From the human T2T-CHM13v2.0 reference genome, Homo sapiens, in NCBI RefSeq assembly GCF_009914755.1, contig NC_060931.1: a stretch of DNA of 64,000 bases. One strand, written 5' to 3'. The notes under the pieces are model-generated. The model did no database searches and was not told the origin of the DNA. It saw only the letters and a list, made by a program, of their open reading frames with translations. The position numbers were made by a program, and so were the translations under genes. Shown here piece after piece: positions 33,507 through 48,405 of this stretch (position 1 is its first letter; each line of letters starts with the position of its first letter).

Positions 33507-33961
33507 CATATGAAACACTCTCAGATGCTAATAGACGAAAAGAGTATGATACACTTGGACACAGTGCTTTTACTAGTGGTAAAGGACAAAGAGGTAGTGG
33601 AAGTTCTTTTGAGCAGTCATTTAACTTCAATTTTGATGACTTATTTAAAGACTTTGGCTTTTTTGGTCAAAACCAAAACACTGGATCCAAGAAGCGTTTT
33701 GAAAATCATTTCCAGACACGCCAGGATGGTGGTTCCAGTAGACAAAGGCATCATTTCCAAGAATTTTCTTTTGGAGGTGGATTATTTGATGACATGTTTG
33801 AAGATATGGAGAAAATGTTTTCTTTTAGTGGTTTTGACTCTACCAATCAGCATACAGTACAGACTGAAAATAGATTTCATGGATCTAGCAAGCACTGCAG
33901 GACTGTCACTCAACGAAGAGGAAATATGGTTACTACATACACTGACTGTTCAGGACAGTAG
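33507..33961 (+). CDS. DNAJB9: DNAJB9 exon 3 CDS: end of J domain (AYETLSD), G/F-rich region, C-terminus TDCSGQ*
   Basis: Acceptor TTTCAG|CA; phase 1 matches exon 2; 217+455 nt = 223 aa + TAG. Confidence 0.98.
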
Positions 33962-35460
33962 TTCTTATTCTATTCTCACTAAATCCAACTGGTTGACTCT
34001 TCCTCATTATCTTTGATGCTAAACAATTTTCTGTGAACTATTTTGACAAGTGCATGATTTCACTTTAAACAATTTGATATAGCTATTAAATATATTTAAG
34101 GGTTTTTTTTTTTTGACAAATTCAACATTCAACGAGTAGACAAAATGCTAATTATTTCCCTGATTAGGAAAGTTTCTTTAAAAAACACGTAATTTTGCCT
34201 AGTGCTTTTTCTCTACCTGCCCTTGGGCTCACTAATATCACCAGTATTATTACCAAGAAAATATTGAGTTTACCTGATTAAACTTTAAAAGTTAATTGTA
34301 GATTTAAATTGTGTGAACCTAATGATTTTTGCAGTGAAACCTTTACTAATTCAAAGTTGCATGTTCTATGACATCTGTGACTTGCGTTGCAGAGTGTACA
34401 TGAAACTGTATAATTGAGTCATTCAGTAAAGGAGAACAGTATCTTGGTTAATTGCTACTGAAAGGTTGAGAAAGGAATGGTTTGATATTTACCACAGCGC
34501 TGTGCCTTTCTACAGTAGAACTGGGGTAAAGGAAATGGTTTTATTGCCCATAGTCATTTAGGCTGGAAAAAAGTTGAAAACTTAACGAAATATTGCCAAG
34601 AGATTGTTATGTGTTTGGTTCCAGCCTAAAAATGATTTTGTAGTGTTGAAATCATAGCTACTTACATAGCTTTTTCATATTTCTTTCTTAGTTGTTGGCA
34701 CTCTTAGGTCTTAGTATGGATTTATGTGTTTGTGTGTGTGTAGTTTATCCTCTCTCTCATCTTTATCTAGAGATTGACTGATACCTCATTCTGTTTGTAA
34801 AACCAGCCAGTAATTTCTGTGCAACCTTACTATGTGCAATATTTTTAAATCCTGAGAAATGTGTGCTTTTGTTTTCGGATAGACTTATTTCTTTAGTTCT
34901 GCACTTTTCCACATTATACTCCATATGAGTATTAATCCTATGGATACATATTAAAACAAGTGTCTCATACAACATTGTATGTGAGAGAAATATAAATATT
35001 TACAACCTGATATTCGTTGTTGTTTTATTGTTAAAAGTTTATTATGCAACTCTGGAGGTATAGAGGGCATATAAGCTATGGGACATATGCTGATCACAGG
35101 CTATATTCATGAAGTTACTTTTGACCAACCTGAAAACTGATAGGATTTTGTTTGTCATTTGGTAATTTCTACTGCATTCTTACCATCCTTCTCTCACAAA
35201 TTTTGATAGCTTGAAGATCTTTTTAATTATAATTTTGTTGTATTTGTTTCCTAGGAGCAAGTGTTCCTGCTGCCAGTTCTTTCCTCTTTAGGCGTGGTTG
35301 AGAAAAAGCAGAAACTTTACATAAAGCTGTATTTCTTAATCATCTTTAATTTGAAACTTAAGAAAATGAATTTATTCTGTTATATTTATGTAACTTATTT
35401 CCTGGAAGTTATATCTACTAGTTTTGTTTGATAATAATAAAATTAGCTATACCTTGAATT
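33962..35460 (+). other. DNAJB9: DNAJB9 3' UTR
   Basis: AT-rich, no recognisable repeats after the stop; AATAAA at 35436-35441; proximal ATTAAA at 34085 and 34950. Confidence 0.7.
35436..35441 (+). terminator. Likely DNAJB9 polyadenylation signal AATAAA
   Basis: Canonical hexamer preceded by U-rich/TGTA elements at the end of the UTR-like block. Confidence 0.7.
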
Positions 35461-35981
35461 TTGGGCTGAGGATTATCTGTAGCCTATTTTAAAAAAAATC
35501 AAGTTTTGAGACATTCCAGTAATATATAAAGCAGAAGAGTGTGGCTTGGGAGATAAATCAGAAAAACCACAATCAGGATGTCCTGGAGAAGCTTTAAGGA
35601 TTGGATTTGGGTGAGGGTGCAGAATTCATTCATATTAATTTATTGAAGAACTGCATTGGAAAGCTCTGCTCTTAGCTACTCCCTCCAGGTAAACAGTTGT
35701 TAACAAAAGTAACTTTTTCCTCAGGCAAGGGACTAAACAAGTCTTGAAAGAATGGGGTTATTTGGGGGAAGACTTACCCATTGAGGGTATTAGGGTGTGA
35801 GGTGAAGGCAGAGTAAAGGTGAAGTGAATTTTCACTTGAAGGTCAAGGGGGTGCTGGTGAGAAATGGCAGCACTCCCAGAGTAAAGCCTCCTTATGTTGG
35901 CTTGGTGGGAAACAATTTCTCTGCATGCAGACCACATACTCACCTGTGGGTACCTGCTGGTTAAAAAACCCTGACAATTTA

Positions 35982-36075
35982 GCCGGGTGTGATGACATGC
36001 ACCCATAATCCCAGATACTCTGGAAGCTGAGGTGGGAGGAGTTGAAGGCTGCAGTGAGCTATGATTGGCCACTGC
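35982..36075 (+). mobile_element. Tailless Alu-monomer/FAM-like fragment flanked by CCTGACAATTTA repeats
   Basis: GCCGGGTGTG...GCAGTGAGCTATGAT; direct repeat on both sides. Confidence 0.75.
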
Positions 36076-36679
36076 CTGACAATTTACTGAGAACCATCGC
36101 TTCTATTCAAAAAGGAGGTCTAATGCAGACACATAACTGCTGAAGAAACTGCTTTTCTCAGCTATCTGTGCAATTTGATCTAATCCTTCATAAACACATA
36201 CTGATGTCCAAAGAATGTCAGACATTTAAGGAAAACTGATAGCTAGGAAAAGAAGCCCCAATGATTAGCCCTGACAATGTAATTCAGAGATTGAATTTAA
36301 GATTCTAGTATCAGATTTTTTTAATAGAATATTGCATCAACAGATAAGGACAGTTCTTGTCTTAACCTGCTTACTTCAGGATTTCTTTAATGATGGTGTC
36401 AGAACAGATGAAGTAATGTGAACTTACATTTGGTTTACATTTACATCTAACAACCAAAGTCAATGGGAGGTAACAGATGTGTGGTACATGTGTTTCCTAC
36501 CATGCAGGCCTACTTTTTCCTTTGAAATTCATATTCTTCCTCATATCTCAACTTTGTTACTCAACTCCCTCGCAAACTTCTCTCCAGAGGTTGCCCTAAT
36601 GTGGAGCTACCTAAATTTATTGTGCAGTTCTTTTTACTGTTACTCATTATGATACACCGTAACTGGTGAGCAGGATGGT

Positions 36680-38240
<1,561 letters not shown>

Positions 38241-38475
38241 GCAAGATTAAGTGCTCTTAAATCATTTGACAAAACATTTGTGGACATAATTTTTATCGTG
38301 GACTTTTTAGTAGAGTATCAGCTATGATTCAATCCATGTAGCAATAGCTTATTCTTCAGAATGATGTTCTGCAGGAGTAAGAAGTATGCTATGAAAAAAA
38401 AAATCATGTTTAAATAGATTTGTGAAATCTGGGTTGGGATTCAAACCTTGCTAAATATGTTTCTTTTTAGGTGAG

Positions 38476-38796
38476 TGCTAGGGTTTGAATGGTTATGTCC
38501 TCCCCATATTCCTATAGTATTAGTAGATAGGGCCTTTGGGTAATTAGGTCAGGAGGCAGAATTCTCATGAATGGGATTAGTGCCCTTGTAAAAAGGGCCC
38601 AAGGGAGATCACTCATTTTTTTCTACATGTGAGGTTAGAGAAGATCTATGAGGAAGAGGGCTGTCACCAGTCAATCTGCTAGTGCCTTCATCTTAGACTT
38701 CTTAGCCCCTAGAACTGTGAGAAATAAAGTTCTGTTTTTTATAAGCCACGCAGTCTATGGCATCTTGTTATGCAAGTCTGAACAGACTGAGACAGC
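38476..38796 (+). mobile_element. MLT1/MST-type LTR
   Basis: TGCTAGGGTTTGAATG...CTAGAACTGTGAGAAATAAA...GACTGAGACA. Confidence 0.7.
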
Positions 38797-39402
38797 TGCT
38801 CAGAATTCTCAACATACTAATCTATGTTGTGAATCTTTGGTAGCGATACCAAATATTGTTTGCCCAATTTATTGGACCATGGAAACATTTTTACTAAGTA
38901 CCCTTAACCATATCCAAGTGTGCCACAGTAAAAGTTTGGTAAATACTGGCCTAAATAAAAGTGAAAAAAAATCATATAATAAACCTTTGGAACATGTGCA
39001 TGAACACATACCAAAGCAAGGATGATAGCATATATTATGTTGGTACTTGTGTTGCATTATTAAAAAAAAAGTATTTGAATTTACTATGATTGAAAAAGAT
39101 TATCCTATCAGAGCCCATTATGATGGGCTTTAGCCTACATTTCATCAACAAGCTTTTCTTCTTTTGATCACTGTTGTAGCTACTTGAATAATATTGTTTC
39201 CTCAGGAGTATTTTATACCTACAATAGCCATCATCAAGCAAATTATAAGAGGACAATTATGTAAATGAAAACTCCTTTATTATTCTCCCAAGAAAATAAA
39301 AGCTAATAATTTTTGTTGTTATAGTTTTACAATAAGACAGTATTTGCAGACAGAAAAATCAAACTGTGACTATTAAGATAAATGGGAAATCATCTTATAG
39401 TC

Positions 39403-39818
39403 TACTAGGGTTTGGATGTTTGTCCACTCTAAACCTCATGCTGAAATTTGATCCCCAGTGTTGGAAGTGGGGCCTAATGAGAAATGTTAGGGTCATAGGG
39501 GTAGATCCCTCACAAATAGTTTAATGCCCTTTCTCAGGAGTGAGTTCTTTATTAGTTCCCACAAGAGATAGTTGTTAAAAAGAGCCTGACACCTCCCCTG
39601 TTTCTCTCCCTTGGTTCCTCTCTCGTCATGTGATCTCTGTATACGCTGGTTCCCCTTTGCCTTCTGCCATGAGTGGAAGCAGTCTGAGGCCCTCACCAGA
39701 AGCAGATGCTGGAGCCATGATGCACAGCCTCAGAAGTGTAAGCCAAATAAACCTCTTTTCTTTAGAAATTACCCAGCCGCAAGTATGTCTTTATAGCTAC
39801 ACAAAACAAACCAAGACA
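39403..39818 (+). mobile_element. MSTB-type LTR
   Basis: GTTTGGATGTTTGTCC...GAAATTTGATCCCCAGTGTTGGA...CCAAGACA. Confidence 0.8.
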
Positions 39819-39830
39819 GTCTAATCCTTT

Positions 39831-41323
39831 TGGTGGTGGCAGTGGCCCATCTGGAACAGCTGCTGAAGGAACGCCAGTTGCAGTGGAGGAGGCGAAGCCG
39901 GGCTGTGCGCTCCATGGAGACTGCAGGAGCCGGGAACAGGTGGGAGCCCTCTGCTCCCAGGCACACCTGCAGCCACCCTGTGCTCTTAGGGTGCCTGGGA
40001 AGACCCCTCCCTCTGCAGGCTTGGAAGTGCTTGCTCCCATTCCGTGGACTCCCTGCTCCCAGTGCCTGCTCCAATTTTGGACCAAAGTTGAGGCCCAGCC
40101 CACGTGCTGTTGCAACTTGGCCAGGTGTGCATGTGCTTGGGGTGGCACTGACACACCAGCTTCCTGCTGCCTCAGTCCTCACTGGACTTTGGGTGCCAAT
40201 AAGCATGGGAGGGAGGCTGAGGTGGGGCTGAAGGTGGCTCAGCATGGGCCTGCAGGTGCTCCTCAGCATGGACAGCCATGGTGCTGTGGCCAGCATGTTG
40301 ATGATGGCAAGAGGCAGACAGGTTCCTGGCAGGAAGGGGCCAGTCTCCAGTGAAACCTCTCCTTCAAGCCAGGAACAGTGTGAAGCCTGGGGGCTGGACT
40401 GCCAGTTCCAGGTGTAGTCTGCCTCCTGAAGTGAGAACTTATGGTGCTTTTTCCAGACCCCCTCCATGGCTAACCATGGACTAATCAGCACACGCTTCCT
40501 CCCTTTTGAGCCCACAAAAATCCCAGATTCAGCCAGACTTACACAGATGTGGGGACTACCACTTGCAGGAAGGAGCTACCTACTTTGGGTCTCCTTAACT
40601 TGTAGGGACTACCTGCCTGTGGAAAGGAGCTACCCACTTTGGGTTCCCTGAGAGCTGTTCTGTTGCTCAATGAAGGTCCTCTCTGCCTTGGTCACCCTCC
40701 AGTTGTCTGCATACCTCATTCTTCCTGGACATGGGACAAGAACTCCAGATCCACCAAATGGCGGGACTGAAAGAGCCATAACACAAACAGGGCCGAAACA
40801 CACAGCCCCCCATTTGCCATGTTGTGGGAGATGAAGAGAGAAGAGCTGTACCCTTTGGGGAGCCCAGACCTAGGGGCTCCCTAAGCCAGGGCTGTGACAC
40901 CCTCTTTGGGGCTCTATAGTTCCTGGTGTCTCCAAGCTTCTGGGTGCCACTGTGTTCCCCTTGTCCAGACGTGAGTGCCTGCAGCAGAAGCTGTGTGTGG
41001 TACATCTGGTCCAGCTGTAGCCTTGCACAGAGCTGGCACCTGTGCCGGCACCCGGAGCTGTCCACCCCACCACAGCAGCTGGCATGCCTGGCTGTGTGCA
41101 GTGGCTGGACCCTATGCTCGCTCACTCACACACCCCTCACCATGCTGCACCTGGCTTGCCCTTGGCTCATTTGGGATCTGGGCCAGTAGCACAAGCCGAG
41201 CACTGTCTCCATGGCCAAGTGGGCAGAATGACCCCAGTGGGTGTGAGCAATACTCAGGCAGAAGGGGCTGCCGGCCACAGAGGTTTCCAGCTGGCAAAAT
41301 GACACCCCAAGGATCCCGTAACA
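39831..41323. mobile_element. Long GC-rich ERV1 LTR (MER52-like), 4-bp TSD CTTT
   Basis: TG...CA termini (ends GGATCCCGTAACA); CTTT on both sides; internal GAGCTACC/GGGACTACC repeats. Confidence 0.75.
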
Positions 41324-41759
41324 CTTTTACTCTACCTCTATACATATTTTGGTGAAATATCCTTTGGTTGTGCAAAATAATGTGATGAACAGAAACAGAT
41401 TAAAATACTAATATAAATGAATAGTTAATTACAGAGTCTTGCTGGAATCAACAAATTTTTTTACTTTGCATATATGCATAAATGAAAAATTACTCATCTT
41501 GTACTCCATGTACACTTTTATAATAAAGTTTCCAGTAAGTGCCTACAAAATGGTCTCATGTTGTGGGAGAACCCAAAGGATTCACCAAAAAATAAATCAT
41601 TAAAAAAGGAAAAGAAATGAAAAACAACAAATCTAGAAAAGCAACGTATAGAGTTTTGTTGGGAAGAGTTGCAAAGAAATGAGCAGTATTTGGTGGGGTA
41701 GTGGGGTCAAAAGAAGTTTCCTTACTAAGCAGTAATAATTAGTTTAACATATTTATGAA

Positions 41760-42540
41760 AAATAATATCAGGTGCTGAAATGATGGAGCAATGTCTTCAA
41801 AGATCTGAGGGGAAAGTGCTTTTGAACTGAGGCCTAAATGGACACATTATTAATAGAGGATGAGACCAAATGAATGCATTTTGAAAATGTAAGAACTGAA
41901 AGATTACCACCCACATACCCTTTATGAAAAAAAACTGGCTTTTATTCTACATGGCAATGTACAAAAAAAGGAACAATATTGAGGACAAGAGATGATGGCA
42001 GCTGAGTTATACACCCTCAGGAGAAAATAAAACTAGAAGGAAATTGAAAGTATATATTAGAATTTGACACTTGGAAGTTTCTTTTGGGAAACAAGAAATA
42101 TTTTGTTTCATGGATCTAGTTGCTCAATTTACAATGAAGTTGTTTGCATTATTATATTATAAATGTTTTCCAATCAGTGTGTAAACAAAGAAGGGAGGAT
42201 TTAATTATATTTATAGGATAATCATGTGAAATGCACCTAACATATCAGGAAATGGAAGGAGAAAGGAAAATGGAAGGTGAAGTGTAAGAAAAGATTAGTG
42301 TATTAATTCTATTATCTTTCATAGTAGGTAATCAATTGACTCTGTCTAAAGTTATAAATCAAAGACTGGTGATTTAAGCACATTATTTTAAATTTTAATG
42401 ACAATCGGAAGATCTGACAACAGACACAGGTAACATGATAGCTTTTAAGGAATGTGACTGGGAGTCGGGAAGATTTACTTTGCATTTTACTTCAATTTGT
42501 AATGTTTGAATTTTTGTTTGTGAATGCCTGATTCCCACAT
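41760..42540 (+). mobile_element. Old L1ME-like fragment
   Basis: A-rich degenerate L1-like sequence. Confidence 0.4.
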
Positions 42541-43027
42541 TAGTGTATTTTTAAGGAAAACAACAACCACAAACCCTGGTGTATCAGTGAGGATGCCTGC
42601 AGCAGCAGGTAACAGAAAACCCTAAACTAAATTTAATACATAAAATAAGCTGAGCAATAAAAGACTTACTTTCTTCTCTAACAAGAGGTACAGAGGTCAG
42701 GCAGCTCCAGGAATGGTATTCCAGGAATCTGGTTTTGCTTCTTAGTAGCTGTGTTGGCTCTGACCTCTCTGTGTGTTGGTCGCATCCTCAGGCTGGTAAT
42801 AAAATGGTTGTTATGAGAAATGAAACCTTTTCTAGAATGTCCTCACAACACTTTCCCTCCCATCTTTATTGGCCAGAAATGCTACCTGTTGCTACAAGTC
42901 CATGCCCAAACTAATCACTAGTAAGGGGAATATGATGACCACAATTGATGTAGGTCAACAGTTAAGACCCAGAATGGTGGTCTGGTCTAGTCTCCCCTGA
43001 AACTCATCATTACATGGAAAAGCGTGG

Positions 43028-43391
43028 TGTTTTAGTCTGTTTAGTGCTACTACAACAGCATATCACAGACTGGGTAGCCTATAATAAAGATAAATTTGTC
43101 TCTCACAGCCCAGATGCTGGGAAGTCCAAGATCAAGGTGCTGGCATCTGGTGAGGGCTTTCTTGCAGTGTCATAACATGGCAGAAGGTATCATATGGGAG
43201 AAAGAGAGAGAGAGAGAGAGAACTCAGCTTTTTGTGAGGGAACTACTCCCATGATAATGGCATTAATTCATTCATGAGGACAGACCTCTCATGACCTAGT
43301 CACCTCTTAAAGGTCACACCTCTCAACATTGTAACATTGGGGATTAAGTTTCCAACATACGAACTTTGGGAGACACATTCAAATGGTAGCA
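43028..43391 (-). mobile_element. MST/MLT1A-type LTR
   Basis: TGTTTTAGTCTGTTT...GGGAAGTCCAAGATCAAGGTGCTGGCA...GGGGATTAAGTTTCCAACA. Confidence 0.75.
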
Positions 43392-45683
43392 GGTGGATAC
43401 CAAGAAAAAAAGACATTATATTATAGGGGAATGAGAGAAGGATGTGTATCCTACAACCAGTTGAATATTAAAACTTAAAAACAGACCTCAGTGGTTTTTA
43501 AATCTTTATTTTCTTTATGATTTCTTCTTCACTATTAGATTATTTAGATGTTTTTAAAAAGGATTGGGCTCTTTTTGTACCCATGAATGATGGCTGGGTT
43601 TTTTTTTTTCAGTTAGAAACAAACCTCACCTTAAGTACTGTGGAATCTTGGCCTTGGTAGATGACATTTTTGGTTCCAACTATTTGGGACAGATTCCAAA
43701 GTTTCATGATGTAATAATTTATGATTTTTTTGAAGTATAAAATTGAATTGCAATTGTATGCCTTAATAGTCTACTCTTCACTCAGGTAGTAAGTGAGCAT
43801 AGCTACCAATTCAACATCTATGTATAAAGATGTCTTTGGGTGGTTTGTAAATAAAATTATCTTTATCTTTGGGTAAAGATTACTTTATGTAGGCATTGAT
43901 AAATGGTGTTCATTACATTAGAGATCCGAGTGTCTTTAATCAAGGTCAATACTATTTTTTTTTTTTTTTTTTCCTGGAATTGGTTGTGATCATGGCTCCT
44001 TTACTCAATCAAATCTTTTGCTGCCCACCTTTCTCCACTCTGCCTCATCCTGCCATGGTCACCTAAATTTCCCTCATCAATTTGAATACTAGCTTTGAAT
44101 TTGAAACTACTGGCCTTTAGGGAGTCAAATCTACACCTGGATTATTTCCCTTAGCCTTGGCCCTGGAAACTCCTTGTTTTCACTCTCTCCCAAACAACTG
44201 ATGCTGTTGAGGTCCCAAGGATGCCTCTGGTCGAGTCTTTTTGAGTTGTGACACATTATGCAATTATCACTCACTAAATCTGCAGTTTCAATCAGTATTG
44301 CAGACACTTTCAACTATTCAACTTTAGGATTAATTTCATATTATTTAAATATAATTTCATATAATAATTACCTGAAGAAACATTACATGATTCATTACAT
44401 ATATTAGGGAAAAGTCATTACAATTCTCCACTGACATTTCACAATTTACTTTTAGTTACAACTAAGTGTATTAATATGTAGGTAATAATTTAAAAGTATT
44501 ACAATATTTTCTTGTTTTAAGTAAATTTTACCTTAGCATTTTCTAAATGGTTATTCTAGGATAGGTCTTAAATTACATATTTCATAATTAGAAATGGAAG
44601 GAATGGTGTTTGTTAATGAATATCATTTGGTTCTTCTATTGATTTTTATCTTTTAGGTAATACTGGTTCTTATTCTCTGACACATAGATCAGTAATATAG
44701 GCCCATGTAAATCTGGGACATGAGATATGGAGAACAACATTTTTCTTTGCTTCTCAGGGAGGGTTATGATCCATTCATCTCTGTTCCCTTCTCTGTGTAG
44801 GTAAAAGAGTCTATTAGTCAGCATCAGTTAATTGATGTTGTGATAACCACCCCAAAATCTTAGTGACTTAGCACTATAAACATTTTTTTTTCTCATTCAT
44901 ACAAAATCTGCTGTGGGTCCAGGTTTCTTTCCATGGCAGCTGTCTCCCACCTGATGAGACATCAGTGCTGACTCATAAATTGTGGCTCTACCAGCTTAAT
45001 GCAAGGCTTTTTTGGCTATCAGAGAAAGAAATAAGAGTCTCCCATTGTCAAATGCTTTGGCCCGGAAGTGACACATATACTTCACCCCACTGGCCAGGTA
45101 TGGTCTTATGATGCCATCTAAGAGAAGGGATCTGGAAGTATAATCTTCTATGTGACTGGGAGGTAGAGTAGAGTTGGAAAATGGTACACGTTAGCAGTAT
45201 CTACCTCAGAGACGTACTTTGTAGGTCACAGAAAATTTTTCAGGAGACAGATGATCTCCAATTTTGCAACACTCAATATACACATCATACTAATTGTGTG
45301 AAAGTAAATAGGCCTACACCAATGGAATGTATGTGTTTTCTATACAAGAATAGAATAGGTAAGGGCAATAGAACATGCTAGAGTAAAATATATTTCAAAT
45401 TCATTTCCTTAAATGATGGAATAGTACTATCAAAATTAAATATTTCTAATAACTTTATTATAGATAAATTCTATATTTTGTATTTTTGCATAAGAATAGC
45501 TGTAAACCAGCATTTTTCCAAAGTGTGCTCTATTTATGTTAAATGAAAATAGGAATTTTATAGTGAAGTATGGGAAACTCCCAGTTTCAAAAATTTCCTT
45601 ATTACATGAAGATTTCTCAGAGTGGTTAATATACTAATTTTCTTTGGATGTCCTGAAGCAGATATAGTATGAGGCATTTCTAA

Positions 45684-45865
45684 ATATATATATATACATA
45701 TATATACATATGTATGTATATATGTGTGTATATATATGTATATATGTGTATATGTATATATATGTGTATATATGTATATATGTGTATATATATGTGTGTA
45801 TATATGTATATATGTATATATATATGTATATATATGTGTGTATATATATATGTATATATATATAT
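45684..45865. repeat. (TA/TG)n compound dinucleotide repeat
   Basis: About 180 bp of alternating purine-pyrimidine. Confidence 0.95.
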
Positions 45866-47039
45866 TCAAGAAACCTTTTTTAAAGGAGCATCTCTCTGGA
45901 CCAATTAGGTAAAAGAATAATTCTGTGTAATGCTCTTCGGAAACTCTAGACTAGACATACCTTTAAAAACCTAATTAAAGAACTAACTTTTGTAGTAAGG
46001 GTAAGGGCAAACCCCTAAAAACTTTACTTTAAAAGCTTGCCATGAACAAGTGTTAGGATGAATGTTTCTCATGGAGCTACTACGGGCACTAAAGCAAATT
46101 TACTAAAAGAGTGATTTGATGAGAAAATCATGACCTTAAAGTGCAAAGTATGTGTGTATAGTATTACCTTGCTTTTGTTTGTTACGAACACTAGGAAACT
46201 CCAGATTAAAGTTAGATATTGGTCCTAAAGACAGAATACTTGTGATTTAAGAGACACAATATGCATCCATCTTAGTGAGCATGAGCATAAAAGTCCTTCT
46301 TTTCTTATTCCTGGAGTGCTTATTAACTTCTGTGTTTGCCTGCCACCTGGAAAATGATATAAAATTATGAATATAAAAGGCTAGTACTGGGGAAGTTAGA
46401 AACTTCACCTAGATGGGAAAAAAGGGCAAAGATAATTGCGCCCACTCATTCATAGCTGGTGCTCTTCTTTCTTCATGAAGAAATTGAAGTAATCTAAAAA
46501 GAATTCCCCAAGTTTCCCCATCATCCTTCCATAGCAGTGGCTTCACTTTCTCTGCCTTTCTGTAAGTCCCACTATCAGTAACAAACTATTAATAATCCCA
46601 CTTACAGCTGTCCCCTCCACTGTACACTGGATCACATCACTCAGGGCTTTCAAGGGCACTGCTCCAGAGATTATTTCCCTCTCCCGTCTCCCTTCTTCTC
46701 CTATGTTACTTTTTTTTTCTTTCCATTCAATAATTCCCCAGCAAACAAACCTGTTGCTATTTCTGTCAACAAATTTTTCTTTGGACCCCACTTATTCAAC
46801 CAATTGTGGTCTCATTTCTTTGCTCTCTTTTGTAGCAAAACTTTTCCTAAGAGTTTTCAATCCCACCATGCCACCAAAACTTCCCTTGTCAGGGTTATCA
46901 ATGAGCTGCACATTGTGAAAGCAATGTCAGATAACGAATAAATCTGTCATTTCTCTGACTTAATCTTACATACACTTCAACACTTTCCTCCTTGATAGTC
47001 TTTCTTTACTTATGTCCCAGAACACTGATCTCTGGGTTT

Positions 47040-47290
47040 TTCTTTCCTCCATTGGTTGCTTTTTCTCGGTGTCTTTTGTTGATTCCTCTTCCTCTCCTTT
47101 GCATCTTCTCAGTTCTGATTCTTTCTGTCCTCTCTCCCCTCCAGTTCTTTCTTATCTCCTCCTTTTCCCTCTTCTCCTTTTTGAGTCTCTTCCCCTTCCC
47201 CTTCCCCATTCCCTTTCCTTTCCTTTCCTTTCCTTTCCTTTCCTTCCTCTTCTCCTTTCATCACTTCCATTCTCTTCTACTCCTGGTTAT
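47040..47290. repeat. CT-rich tract incl. (TTTCC)n
   Basis: Seen directly. Confidence 0.85.
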
Positions 47291-47899
47291 ACTCGTTCCT
47301 TTGGTGAACTCTTTCATCCCATAGTTTTAACCATCAACATGCCTGCCACTTCCAAATTTTTATCTCTAGCCAAGATTCATATATTAAAAACTGCAGATTC
47401 ATATATCCAACTGTCCACTTAACATGTCTAATGTGGTATTGTGGATATTCCAACTCTGACCTGCTCCAGCTCAGCTGATTGTAAAGCCATCCTTCCAGTT
47501 GTTTAGGTTAAAACCCCAGAGTGATTCTTGATTTCTTTCATGCTCTTAGCACTCACACTCCATAGGCAATCCCACTGGCTTTGCCTTCAATGTATTTTCA
47601 GTATCTGACAGCTTCCTTTCAACTCCAATGTTAGTACCAGCATCATCTTTCATAGGGATTATTAGGTAAAAGAAAGTTTTCATTCTCTACCCCTTATTAG
47701 TCTGTTATCAAGCCAACAATGAGAGTTATTCTTTTTAAAGGTACATAAGAACTTGTTATCTTTCTGCCTAAAGCCTTCCATTTACTCCCTCCCCATTCCC
47801 AGTAAGAGCTAAATCATTTACAATAGTCTATGAAGTCCTACACAATCAGCTTACCTTCCCTTTACCTCACTGATTTTATCTTTGACTGCTTTTCCCCTT

Positions 47900-48405
47900 T
47901 GTATTAGCCAGGGTTCTCTAGAGCAACAGAACTAATAGGGTATATATTATAAATAAGGGGATTATTAAGGAGAATTGACTCACATGATCACAAGGTGAAG
48001 TCCCATGATAGTCTGTCTGCAAGGTGAGGAGCAAGGAAGCCAGTGGTGGATCAATCTGTGGCCAAAGGCTCGAGAACCCCTGGCAAACCACTGGTATAAG
48101 TCCAAGACTCTTAAAGCTCAAGAACTTGGAGTCTTATGTTCCAGGGCAGGAAGCATCCAGCACAGGAGAAAGATGAAGGCCAGAAGACTCAGCAAGTCTA
48201 CTCTTCTGTCTTCTCCTGCCTGCTTTATTCTAGCTGCACTGGCAGCTGATTAGATGGTGCCCACCCAGATTGAGGATGGGTCTGCCTCTCCCAGTCCACT
48301 GACTCAAATGTTAATCTCCTTTGGCAACACCCTCACAGAACATCCAGGAACAATACTTTGCATCCTTTAATCCAGTCAAGTTGACACTCAATATTAACCA
48401 TCACA
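47900..48405 (-). mobile_element. MLT2 solo LTR (ERV-L), perfect TSD CCCTT
   Basis: TGTATTAGCCAGGGTTCTC...TATTAACCATCACA termini; CCCTT at 47895-47899 and 48406-48410. Confidence 0.9.

Noticed and set aside
34493-34504. 12-bp palindrome CACAGCGCTGTG in DNAJB9 3' UTR
   Set aside because: Several palindromes of this length are expected by chance in 64 kb
39762-41375. Many overlapping 60-248 aa ORFs on both strands
   Set aside because: All lie in a GC-rich MER52-like LTR where stops are rare; no recognisable domain
43955-44100. Poly(T) run as the tail of a processed pseudogene
   Set aside because: No canonical poly(A) signal, no convincing TSD, no coding similarity recognised
45558-45912. Y/I/C/V/H-rich ORFs
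   Set aside because: Translation of the (TA/TG)n repeat
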